49,741 nt of DNA from Proteromonas lacertae. Taxonomy: Eukaryota. The number at the start of each line of letters is the position of its first letter. Position 1 is the first letter of the stretch. Under the pieces are notes generated by a model, which was not told where the DNA came from, made no database searches, and saw nothing but the letters and a program-made list of their open reading frames with translations. The translations under genes were made by a program, and so were the position numbers. Of this stretch, positions 1 to 11,460 are shown one piece after another. The DNA is taken from positions 496,001-545,741 of the forward strand of contig NGBS01000872.1 in NCBI GenBank assembly GCA_002245135.1, read 5' to 3'.

Positions 1-1606
1 TATTATTATAGATAATAATCGATAATCAAATAAGAGCATCAGGTGAAGATCCAGCTGATGTTTTAGATATGGATGAATATGGACATAGTAGACATTTATA
101 CGATCCAAGAGGCATTCATGTATGTGAAACATGTTTAAGAAGAGATGGTGATATATATGCTAATTATGAAATTACCATAAAACAAAAGAAAGGAGGAGGA
201 CAATTATTTGAAGCACATTCTGCAAGATCTCCTTTGAGAAGAAGAGCAAAATCAGTTTCATATTCAAATAATAATAACACAGTGAATAATAGTTTTTTAA
301 CACCAAATAATGATAAAGAAAGAACCACAAAATCACTTTATACACCAACACATAACAATTGGAATGAAACAGATGATGGTTATTTATATTTGAAAGCTGA
401 TAGTACAATAAATAAAATAAGAAGACCTCAGTCTGCAAATCCTTATATTCAAATCAATAAAAAATCAGATTTAGCAACTTCAACATCAACCACTCCAATA
501 ACAACAATAAAAGAGAATATTTACACTCCGTCTATAATGTCTGTTAATACAACTCCACAAAAACATAATTATGATGATGAAGTTGTTCCTGGAAGAAGTT
601 ATTATGCATATAATAACTTTTATAATAATAAAAGTAATACATCATTATTTTCACCAAAACCACCATCTGCAACTACATCACCTTCTTCATTTACAAATCA
701 TTTATCTTCCAATCATAATAGTTCAAATAATCTACATAAATCAAATAGTAGATTCTCTCTTAATAATACTAGTTATACGAATAGACCTTCATCTTCTGGA
801 AGAAGAACATATGTAAATAGTAGTAACAATGATTCACCAACAAAAAAGTCAGTAACATTTGAAGATAATAACAAAACAAGAGGTGAAATGTTAAATACAA
901 CATCATCATTACCATCTCAACCAATAATATCAAGTCATTCTAATTTTGCTCCCCCAGCTGATAGTTTTGTAGCTTCACATTCAGTAAGATCAAAAGGAGA
1001 AACAGATTATTATAAACATGATGATGAAGATTCAGAAATAAAGAGGTTAAATCCAAATCCAATATATGATATAGATAATCTACTAGAAGGTTATTTATTA
1101 CGAGATGGTGTAATGAGTTGGTACTCTGTAATGGTGACTAAGAAATATCCAGATTGTTCGTATGATGTGATTTGTTTATTTGATAATAAATACTACTACA
1201 ATGTAACAGAGAATCATTTAAGAGAAGTGTTATATCATGAAGGAGAATATGTTGAATATAGAGTATGTAATTGGGGTTATTTAAGAGGTTATATAATGAA
1301 GAGAAATGTAGATAATACTTATAATATAGCTGTTGATAAGAATGAATTTAAATCAGTTAATACAAGGAATTTGAAAAGAATCAACAATAGAAAACAAAAA
1401 CATATTGGTTATCATTACCATGCCAATGATATAGTATATATTAGAGGGGAGAATCCAATAAAAGCTGTTATTATGTGTTCTTACACCGATAGAACGTATA
1501 TATTTCTATATATTTATATTTCATTAGATATGATATCCGTCTATTTTCTGATAAGATGATATATTATTGTGTGCCTGAGAATATTTTAACAAAAATAGTA
1601 AATTAA
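1..1606 (+). CDS. 5'-partial protein with Ser/Asn-rich region and three C-terminal Tudor/Agenet-like repeats
   Basis: Frame is open from an acceptor AG at 10-11. The ORF 69-1559 continues after GT-AG intron ~1496-1528 to TAA 1604-1606. Three repeats of type W/Y-x-x-x-I/V...D-x-T/S-Y-D/N-I/V. Confidence 0.6.
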
Positions 1607-1705
1607 TTATAGCTTTTTTAATTGTTTGTGTTGTATAATAAACAGAAACAATTTTATTCGGATTTAGGTTTTCTGGATTATTGTTTCAAAAAGAAAATTC
1701 ACTAT

Positions 1706-4083
1706 ATGGAGAGGTTAAGTCGACTCGAGAATTTCATGTATAACAATTAAAATTAATGTATTCGATTAGGGATCCGGCGAATACCATTTATAGCCATCCT
1801 GTGTCAATTTTAGATTCATACAATGGTTCCTCAGATTCACATTTCAATAAAATTAAACCATTATCATTATCTGATGGTCCTGTTGAACAGATTCAGAGAG
1901 TGAAGTATATTTAAGAATCTATAGGAAATAGAGGTTTTCGTGGTTTTATTCATGCATCTATGCAGAAAATTCAATACATGTTATTTGGTCCCTCCACTCT
2001 TTTACTCGTTATTTATGTTGGATTTATAGCAGGTTGTTTTGGAGTATGTTTTACATCACTAACAAATGTATTACTACGAATAAGAGAGAAATAGTATGTT
2101 TAAATCAATCTAATAGAAAATAGTTTTTCAGAAAATGTTTTATTGAAAATATGTTGGTCAGTTGTGTTTGTATTTGTTGGTTCTTATGGAACTAGTTTTG
2201 TATCAGATCAAGTATATAATATTAATATAATTGTTATTATTATTAGATAAATGGTTCAGGTATTCCAGAGATAAAAGCCGTATTATCAGGTTATGAGATA
2301 GATACACTCTTTACATTTCCATCATTAGTTGGTAAAGTAATAGGTTTAGTTTGTGCGCTTTGTTCTGGCTTATCGGTTGGTAGAACAAGTCCATTTGTAC
2401 ATATATCATGTATATTTGCTAATCTATTGATGTATTTGCCTGGATTTCGAAGACATAAACAAAACAAGAGAATTAGAGATCAAATATTATTAGCAGCAGC
2501 TGCAGCTGGTGTTGCTGCTTCATTTGGTACTCCTTATGGCGGTGTGCTGTTTGCTATTGAATTATCTTGTCCATTTTTTCAACCTTCTAATATTTCTAGA
2601 ACTTATTTATGTTCAATATCCTTTTTTTTAATTTATGATAATTGTATTTCTTTAATTTTATGTAATTGACATGTGTTTTAGTGTATTTTTTCATTGATTC
2701 ATTGCAAGGTCATCATCCATTTTTAAAAACTACTTTTAATAAATATACAATCAATTGGAGTTTACTTATATCCTTTTTATTTATAATAATTATTAGTTTT
2801 ATTTTAATTCTATTTACAGCTATGCAGGTACTGGAATTATTGCTGGTGCTGTATCTGTATTAATGGTTTATTTAGCTTCATTTACAGTTAATTTAAGAAG
2901 ACATTTTCATAATAAATATAGTCGTTACATTGAATGTATAATAATAGTAATAATTACCACAGCTATTGGTAATACATTTCCTAATCTCAGAAAACCAGAT
3001 TCTACGATAATTAATCAATTATTTTTAAATGAAAGTTTTTCATATTATCATGAAAAGGCATGGACTAAACCATCAGTAGAAGTGAATTTGATAATTTATA
3101 TAGTAGCAAAGTTTATATTAACATGTATTGCAATTGGTTTACCTATTCCTTGTGGTTTATTAGTCCCAATGTTTGCTTTAGGAGCTGGTGTTGGTAGATT
3201 ATTTGGCGAAATGTTTAAGAATTGGCATATTTCAGAAGTTGCTGGTATTTATGCAATGGTGGCTGCTGCTGCTGTTGCTGCTGGTACAACTCAGACAATA
3301 AGTCCAGGTATTATTATATTAGAATTGACTGGACAAATGAATCAGATTATTCCTGTTATTAACTGCAGTTTTGTTTTCTCTATTGTATATAATTTCTTTA
3401 TTTTATTTTATTTTATTTTTGTTAGTATAAGTGAAGTATATACAAGGTCAATATTTGATGTATTATTGATATGTAAAAGAATTCCATATTTATCTGATAT
3501 TACAATTGCTCAGAATGTAGAATCAATGAAAAGATATTTTGCTAATCAATTGAAGAATCCACCTACTTTCTATTTAACTGAGAATTCTACTTATTATGAT
3601 TTAGATAAATTATTGAATGAAATACCTTCTACAACTGTTTCTTTACCAATTGTAGAAGAAGATACAATGAAATTGCTTGGTGTAGTTCAAACTACAAATT
3701 TGAAGCAATTGTTGAAAAGGAATAATGATGACGATGATTCACTGAAATTCTTTATTAGCAGAATAATCAGTATATTGCCATTTAGAATACAACATTATAT
3801 AAGCAATTGCTATAATCCCAATACTGCTAGTATTCCATATGATATTAATCCTTTTGATATACTGCCTTATCCTGAACCTATTGGAATGGATGATCCTAAC
3901 AACAGTGTGTTGAATGTTGATTTATCTCCTTATACTGTATTTCCAACTGCAACCCTTGCTCAGATATATTTTATGTTTACTGTAGATATTTGTCCTACCG
4001 CTTTTGTAACAGAAAACGGAATTCTTACAGGAGTTATAGAAAGAGAGCATCTTATTGAATTCATTGGTAGTCAAAACCATTAG
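1706..4083 (+). CDS. CLC: CLC chloride channel family protein with C-terminal CBS domains (multi-exon)
   Basis: GSGIPE, G-R-T-S-P-F-V-H (GKEGP position), FGTPYGGVLFAIE, PCGLLVP, ELTGQ and CBS-like C-terminus. Several tiny introns, two of them U12-type. Confidence 0.92.
2616..2665 (+). other. U12-type intron, non-canonical AT-AA (50 nt)
   Basis: Donor ATATCCTTTT, branch TTCTTTAAT at 2648-2656. The first stop-free in-frame acceptor ends TGTAA and gives YLCS|LTCVLV. Confidence 0.75.
2768..2817 (+). other. U12-type AT-AC intron (50 nt)
   Basis: Donor ATATCCTTTT, ATTTTAAT at 2801-2808, acceptor TTTAC. Splicing joins WSLL|SYAGTGIIAG in frame. Confidence 0.88.
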
Positions 4084-4180
4084 AATATTTATGTAATATA
4101 TGTTGTTAATATGGCTATTTGTTGTGTTGTATTGATAAAAAATTGAATTTTAAATTTTGAGAAACGAATATATTTTTGAA

Positions 4181-4964
4181 ATGAGAATTATTATTCAAAG
4201 AGTGATTAGAGCAAGTGTTACAGTTGCTGATAAGGTGATATCTTCTATCGGACCTGGATTAGTATGCTTAGTAGGCATTGAAAATGGAGATTGTGAAATT
4301 GAATCAGGATTTAGCATAGGAAAGATAATTGTATTGTCTATATCCATATATTGCATTTTATTCTAGAAAATGAAGTTATGGGATGATGATAAAGGCAAAG
4401 CATGGCAAAAAGATGTTGTTTCAATGGGATATCAAGTGATGTGCGTTTCAAATTTCACTTTATATGCACATTTCAGAAGTATACTATCATAAAATGAATT
4501 TATTTCATAGAACCAAGACCAGATTATCATAGATCAAGTATATTTAAAAATGTATATAGTAATTAGTGGATCCTGATGCTGCTAGAACACTATTTGAAGA
4601 GTTTGTAACAGAATTTAAGAAACAATATAAACCAGAGAAAGTAGAACAAGGTGAATTTCAAGCATATATGAATGTAGAATTAGTGAATGATGGTCCAGTG
4701 ACAATAATGTTTGATACAGCTGAATATCAAGGATCAATAGATACATTGAAGGAAGCAAAAGAGAAAAGATCAAAGTTTAAGTTGACAAAAGATCCAAAAG
4801 AAAAGAAAACACCCAAAAGTACTCCATCTGAAACGCCAAAAGATGAAACTCCTAAAGAAGCAGAAACACCAAAAGAGGTAGTAAAAGAGGAAGAAACAGA
4901 TAAAGAAAAAGAAAATTCAAAGACTGATGAAACAAGAGAAGAAGAAAATACAAATAATGCATAA
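4181..4964 (+). CDS. DTD1: D-aminoacyl-tRNA deacylase
   Basis: MRIIIQRV..ASV, VSNFTL and NDGPVT motifs. Three small GT-AG introns and a charged C-terminal tail. Confidence 0.93.
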
Positions 4965-5095
4965 ATAAATTAGCAGTATGCATAAGTAAATAACTTGCAC
5001 TGATTTATTTCTTGTTATTTTGATGTTTTTGAAACTGAGTATGGAAGGTCACATTTTTGTTTTTCAAACTTGCTTGATCATTTTAGAAATTAAAA

Positions 5096-5777
5096 ATGTT
5101 AGATCAAGTGTTCTATAGCTGCACTGTGGTATTTGTAGCACTTTCATCTGCAATATTGTCAGAAAGTATATTGAATAACATGAATAATTTGTAGTTATTT
5201 CTTGGGTGTTGATTTATAGGACAGATGACTATAAGAATACAAAAAAGATGATAGAAAAAACAACAGAAGAGTGTATTATTATTTGTGGTGGCTATATTAT
5301 TTAAAATAGTAAATTATGCAAAAGCAAAGATAGTTACGATTGATAAAAAGGATAAACATGAAAGAAAAATCAAGAACCTTGAAGAAGAAGTTAAAGTATT
5401 TTGACATATTTAATTAATTAGAAATATAATCAAAAATTAGCTTCTATTCGTTTCAAATCAATGATATTCTTGAGTGTAACAATGATTTCAATTATGAGTA
5501 TTCTTAATTCATATTATAATGGTGTTGTTGTGGCTACTTTACCGTTTGAACCAATATCCTTACTTCGTGGAATGAGTCATCGTACATTAAGAGGAGAAGA
5601 TTATACACAATGTTCGATGACTTTTCTATATTTATTAGCCTCTGCAGGTATTAGAGGAAATGTATTTTTTTTGTAAATGTCATTATATTCATTTAGATTC
5701 AAAAATTATTTGGTCATGATATAGCTGCACCATCATTATACGAACAAGCAAACGAATTTAGTTCAAAATTACAATAA
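5096..5777 (+). CDS. TMCO1: TMCO1 (Oxa1-superfamily ER membrane protein)
   Basis: ISWVLIYRTDDYK and LPFEPISLLRGMSHR.L.GEDYTQCS.TFLYLL motifs across four tiny introns. Confidence 0.9.
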
Positions 5778-5876
5778 TTAATGTTATTTTTCCAAAATTT
5801 TGTTTTCTTTGATGTATATGAACAATAACAAATAATATTAACAAAAACATTTGAATTAAATATTATGCTATTATAA

Positions 5877-7267
5877 TCATTTCTTATTTGTTACAACCTT
5901 TTTGTCATTTGTGTGTTGATGGTGATGATCTTCATTTTTACCATCTTTACTATGAGATTTGTGCTTATTTTCAGATTTTTGTATTTTGGGTGGATTAGGT
6001 GGTGGTGTAGGTGTTACATTAGCAAAATAATGTAGTTTTAATAAATTTTGTATTTTCTCTTTTGTCATTGAAGAATATATAGTATTTCCATGTTCTTTGA
6101 ATATTACTTTATCAACAATACGAGGCAACAGTAATTTAGCATCATGTTTTGACTTTAGTTTCTTTTTCTCAACATAATGTAATAACAATTTATAAACAAA
6201 ACCAGATACTCTATTTTTAAATTCATTTTGTGTTAGTTTTACTCCATCCTAAATATATAAAGTAATAATAATAATAAAATTAATAAATAATATATATATA
6301 CGTTCATTATATCATCAATAATGATAGTTTTAGTTGTAGGAGAAGTTTCTTCAGTTTTATTCAATGAAGAAGGTGGAGGAATTGGTTGTTTTTGTGATTG
6401 TTGTAGTGATGGTGGAGGTGGTGGTGGATGTTGTTGTTGTTGTATATTCATAAATTGTGGAGGTGGTTGAACAACGGGTAAATTATTATATTGATAATAA
6501 GATTGTTGTTGTTGTTGTTGTTGATATGATTGTTGATGATAATTAGGAGGAGGAGATACTATTGGTACAGTCGGATATATATTATTACTATAATTACCTC
6601 TATTATATTGTGTATATCTATTATCATTATTATTGCTACTGCTTCTTCTTAATTCATGCGAATGTGAATGATTATTGTGATAACTGTTATCTCTAGTTCT
6701 ATCTCTGTTTCTATCTCTATCTCTATTAATAGGTGATCTATCTCGATAATTATCTTTTCTACTTTCATAGTCATATTTTCTATCATTTTTACTATTATAA
6801 TTAGATTTATTCTGATTATTATCTTTTAATTTATTATCTGATTGTTGAGGTTGTTGGGCTTCCACTGGATATTGATAAGTTGTTGCTTGCATCATAAATT
6901 GAGGCATTTCTGGCGGTACAGGAGGAACTAAGGGAATTATTGGTTTTGAATTATTATCTATTACATCTTTGGGATCAGGTTGTTTAGATTCATTGAGTAG
7001 TTCAGCTACTTCATCTTCACTATCATCAGAATATTTGACAACTTCTATAGAATATAAATATGAATTGTTCGAATAATTGTCTATACGTTTCTTACTATCA
7101 TTTGCTAATACTAATACCTATATGACATAACTAGCAATAACATATATACAGGGTTATATTCTTCATTATTACTTTTATTTTCATTATTAGACATCTATCA
7201 AATGCACATAATAAATATTAATTTATACAAAGTCTTGTAAAGACATGTTTTCTTTTAGTTCTGACAT
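5877..7267 (-). CDS. Pro/Gln/Arg-rich protein with possible C-terminal SRI-like domain
   Basis: ORFs 6239-6907 and 5877-6188 are joined by small introns, with ATG at 7267. The C-terminal helical segment loosely resembles an SRI domain. Confidence 0.5.
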
Positions 7268-7622
7268 TAATTTTAAAAATGAATTTCTAAGCTTGTCAAG
7301 CCTAAGTATAAAAAGAATATATTACATTTAAAGTATAATGCATCCCTATATAAACTTTATAAAATCTCATCAAGAGTAGTGAAAATACTGAATTTCTTAA
7401 TTGTAAAAAATTTGTGTAGATTTTCTATAATCGTTATTGATCATCAAAATTCTGATAATTATTACTACTTCATTAGAATAACCATAGTTTCGAATAAAAC
7501 AGAACATATTTTTTCAAATTAATAATTTGTTAAGTCATTATAGTCAATAGATAATTATATACAAATGATTAATAATTTAGTAACTTTTTACAACATTTAT
7601 TTAAACCTGTAAAAATAAATTA

Positions 7623-8147
7623 TCATTGTGAACAAATCAAAACCCTTTTCTTATCCTCATTCCTTTCATTCTTCCAAATGAAGTATTTTCGACTTCTAGA
7701 AAGCAAACACTTCTGACAAGTCTGGAGTATTTTGCCTTTACTTCCACAAAAGTAACTTATATGTTTTTGTTTTCTACATCTCGAGCATTTTTTATGTCGT
7801 CCTTCCTTATCAGGTTCTTCATAATATAGAATATCTGGATTATGAGTAGCAGAACACTTTGCACAGATTAATGACTTTTGCAACCCAAACGATCTTTCTT
7901 TCTGTATAGAAATTCCACATTCTACACATTTATTAGCATTTAGCTGAAGGTTTGGAGAAATATCCAATACTTTAGGTACATCTGCTTTAGGTAACTCAAT
8001 TACTAAACCATTGGGGTCTTTATAGTTTTCTTCAGGCACTTGTGAAGGTAAGGGTTCTAAAATTTCGTAGGCATCTAATTCCGTCAGAAATTGAGACTGA
8101 ATACCACCTTCCAGATTAGAATCTAGTGAAATAAAATAATCTTCCAT
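7623..8147 (-). CDS. Intronless protein with four CxxC motifs (putative Zn-finger), paralog A
   Basis: 174-aa ORF with CVEC, CAKC, CSRC and CQKC. Paralogous to 10098-10607. Confidence 0.75.
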   Translation of the reverse strand: MEDYFISLDSNLEGGIQSQFLTELDAYEILEPLPSQVPEENYKDPNGLVIELPKADVPKVLDISPNLQLNANKCVECGISIQKERSFGLQKSLICAKCSATHNPDILYYEEPDKEGRHKKCSRCRKQKHISYFCGSKGKILQTCQKCLLSRSRKYFIWKNERNEDKKRVLICSQ

Positions 8148-10097
8148 AGTGTATATTTCTTTATATTTTTCTGATAATGAAATACAGATATTTTAAAAAT
8201 TTCTATGCTGTGTTGATCCTTATTTCTAATTGGTTTAATGAATAATTTGACGAATCAAAATAAAAATAACATATGCCTATTTAAATGTATAGGATGATTC
8301 AAATCTATAATGACAAAATAGCCGTTTCATCTATAATTTTATTATGGAATTTATTTATGTATTTTATTTTGTAAATCATGTTGAGTGTGTGCATAATTTG
8401 CTTCATATGTATGTAGTGATTTTTACGATTTATAACTAAAACAAGTGTTTGAATCTTCCATTCACAAAATACCGAGTTTTAGACCATATTCTATCATATT
8501 TACATATCATTAAATTCACATCTGTTATATTATCGTGCTTAATATACATGAAGAACAAGTTTAATATTTCCCACTTTTATGAGAAAAAGTGAAGATTATT
8601 CTAGGACATTGGTCAATTTGAACAGAAAATTATGTATTATATTAGGAGATCAATATATACAACATATTATACAACTGCAATAATCACTAGATAGAAATAT
8701 GGATTAAAATTCAAACTAACACCAATTATCTTAAAATTTGCCTTATAAATCATTTCATTATACTCCTACAATGTTATATAGATGAATATTTCATCTAGAT
8801 TATAATTATAATTTTCTTTTTATCAATTTAGTTTAGAAAGCTATATAAATGAAGTTATAATGTCTTACCATCCTGTAAAATAATTATATATACAGCTTTT
8901 TATAAAGTAGCACAATTTATTACCTATTGCATCCTTTCTTAATCCATCATTTTTATAATCTATTTTGCTCAAGTCAATGTTTGCTTTCAATTATTTTATT
9001 TAATGATTTTTCTTCTCTTTTATTAGCTTAGTTGTGGTAGTACCTCTCTAAATATGTTATATAACAGTCGTGGAACTTTAAAAAATGATTTACGATGATG
9101 TAGTGCCTTTCTATTAGTGTTAATAATTTCTGTAATATTTTTTGTATCATTTAAAACCTTTTATTCAACTAGCAATGGTAGAGATTATTGTTCTAAATGC
9201 TAATTGTTAATATTAAGCTGAGAAGCCACTTTTGTCTTTTTTAAAACGACTCTTTTTCTTGAAACAACAAACTATAAACTTGAGCAAAATAGAAATTTGA
9301 AATTGTTGATATTCATTGAAATAGAAAGGATATAAATGTGTACGAATATGAGCATACTGTATATACCATAATTTATAATATAGAAGTATTTATATCTCAA
9401 TATAAGCACTACTTTTCACAGTTAATGAAAATATTTAATAATTGTAAGTACGTCATTATCATTCCTCTTATAATGTTGAATATATAGACATGAATAAAAT
9501 GTAATAATAATCATTACCACAATTTTCATAATTAGAATGCTAAATCTAAAATAATCCATTCTGTAGAATAATTTACTCATTCACTTGTCACTGCATTTCC
9601 TGTTCAACAAATATTACATCAACAATATAATGTACACACTGTGGTCTGAAAATATAAATAAATATACTGCAAAAATGGAAATTTAGAACAAAAATCATCC
9701 ATCATACAGCGTTATTCTGTAGTAAGTTTTGTTATACTGTAATAAATAAATCACATAATGAAGTATAAATGCACTACAGTACACTGTATAAGAAATGCTC
9801 TTTCGTAAAACTTACGGTGCAAGTGAGCTCCAATCTCATGTGACCTTTGAAATTTATTAATATCTGTAATGCAAAAAATCACTAAACAAGTATGATATTC
9901 CATAAAAGATTTCTTAAAACGACTATATTTTCATTTTGTTTCAAAATAGTTTTGAAAAAAAGTATTCATTTAAATAGGGTTAAGTGTTTTCAATTATAAT
10001 TCGCATTAATTACTATAAGCCAATAAGTTAGAAGATAATAACCTTATTCAGCACTAGTAACATAAAATAACACCGTTGGGCCTTATAAAAGCATAAT

Positions 10098-10607
10098 ATG
10101 GAAGGCTACTTTTCTACGTCCGATAGTGAAATAGATAATGGCATTGGGTCAAGGTTTGTAACTGTTGTTGACGCTTACGAGATTTTAGAACCATTATCAA
10201 CTCAGCAGCCAGAAGAAAATTACAAGGATGAGAATGACGGAGTTACTGAGTTACCTAAGGCAAATCTTACAGAAGAACTTAATATTCCTGCAAATGCGCA
10301 AGTGGATCCTATTAAATGTGTAGAATGTGGAATGTCTATACAGAAAGAAAGATCGTTTGGGTTGCAAAAGACATTAATCTGTGCAAAGTGTTCTGCTACT
10401 CATAATTCAGATATTCTTAATTTTGAAGAACCTGATAAGGAAGGACGACATAAAAAATGCTCGAGATGTAGAAAACAAAAACATATAAGCTATTTTTCTG
10501 ATTCTAAAGGCAAAATACTCCAGACTTGTCAGAAGTGTTTGCTTTCTAGAAGTCGAAAATACTTCATTTGGAAGAAGGAAAGGAATATGAATAAAAATGC
10601 AAGTTAA
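10098..10607 (+). CDS. Intronless protein with four CxxC motifs (putative Zn-finger), paralog B
   Basis: 169-aa ORF whose C-terminal half is nearly identical to paralog A. Confidence 0.75.
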   Translation: MEGYFSTSDSEIDNGIGSRFVTVVDAYEILEPLSTQQPEENYKDENDGVTELPKANLTEELNIPANAQVDPIKCVECGMSIQKERSFGLQKTLICAKCSATHNSDILNFEEPDKEGRHKKCSRCRKQKHISYFSDSKGKILQTCQKCLLSRSRKYFIWKKERNMNKNAS

Positions 10608-11460
10608 ATGACAATGCATAGAAAATGTATTTTTAGAAGTGTTAATAAATGTTGTAAAAAGTGTATAAATTGTCTACTATATCAAACCATTTATTTATTC
10701 ATAATAATTACTCCATAATTTATACTATTTTCATTTTTATAGCTTTTTCCGTATAAAAATTTGTATTAATGCTTATACACATCATATGCATTATAGATAG
10801 TTCTAAATTCCTTTAATATAAATTTCCTTATTTATTATTTTTAGTTCTTTAACGCAATTGCATTTGTTAAATATATAATCCATTTTTATTATATCTATAG
10901 TAACAGTGGAAATATGTTTTTTGTGACTATTATCACACTGATGTTATTCTTTTATAAATGACTTCTTTACGGTGGTGATTCATATTATTATATATCCAAT
11001 ATATACTCGTAGTTTATTAAGGATGGTTGCATTTGGAATTATTAGCAACACAAATAAATCTTTCTTGTAGTACATATTCTATAGAATTAGTCAATTCTTA
11101 CTACACTGTAAAGTTTAAATAAAATAAATACACTCTGAATTTGTGAAAATATACATGAATTACAGTTAAAATAGTCAAAATTAAAATCTAATTTGAATGA
11201 ATGTTTGACTTGAAACTGACACTTTTCAAAACATTTTTTTTTACCTATATGTGTTGTGTGCATAGGCTAAAATAATCACTTATAATGATTGAAATGGTAT
11301 AAAAACTTGTTGAATATGTAGTTTGTCGAATAGAAGATATGTTAAATTATTGTCACATATAGTCAATAGAGTAAAAATTTACATGCAGTCGATGTTATTC
11401 ATCTAAATATACCAAATAAATCATTATTAATCTGATTAATAACAAAATATCTTAAAATGT

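Larger units (their letters stand above)
7583..10662. repeat. Degenerate ~3.1-kb palindrome (inverted duplication) centred near 9123
   Basis: Mirror matches at 7583-7601/10644-10662, the two ORFs, 8276-8287/9967-9978 and 8960-8974/9278-9292. Confidence 0.8.

Noticed and set aside
4448..4462. DTD1 SNFTL instead of SQFTL
   Set aside because: Conservative variant, and the Gly-Pro motif NDGPVT is intact.
5554..5563. ATATCCTTA resembling a U12 donor in TMCO1
   Set aside because: It lies in continuous conserved coding sequence (FEPISLLRG), and no intron is needed.
8148..11460. Possible tRNA, snRNA or CRISPR-like array in the long non-coding stretches
   Set aside because: No cloverleaf, recognisable snRNA motif or regular repeat-spacer pattern was seen by eye. 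An Infernal scan would be needed to exclude ncRNAs.
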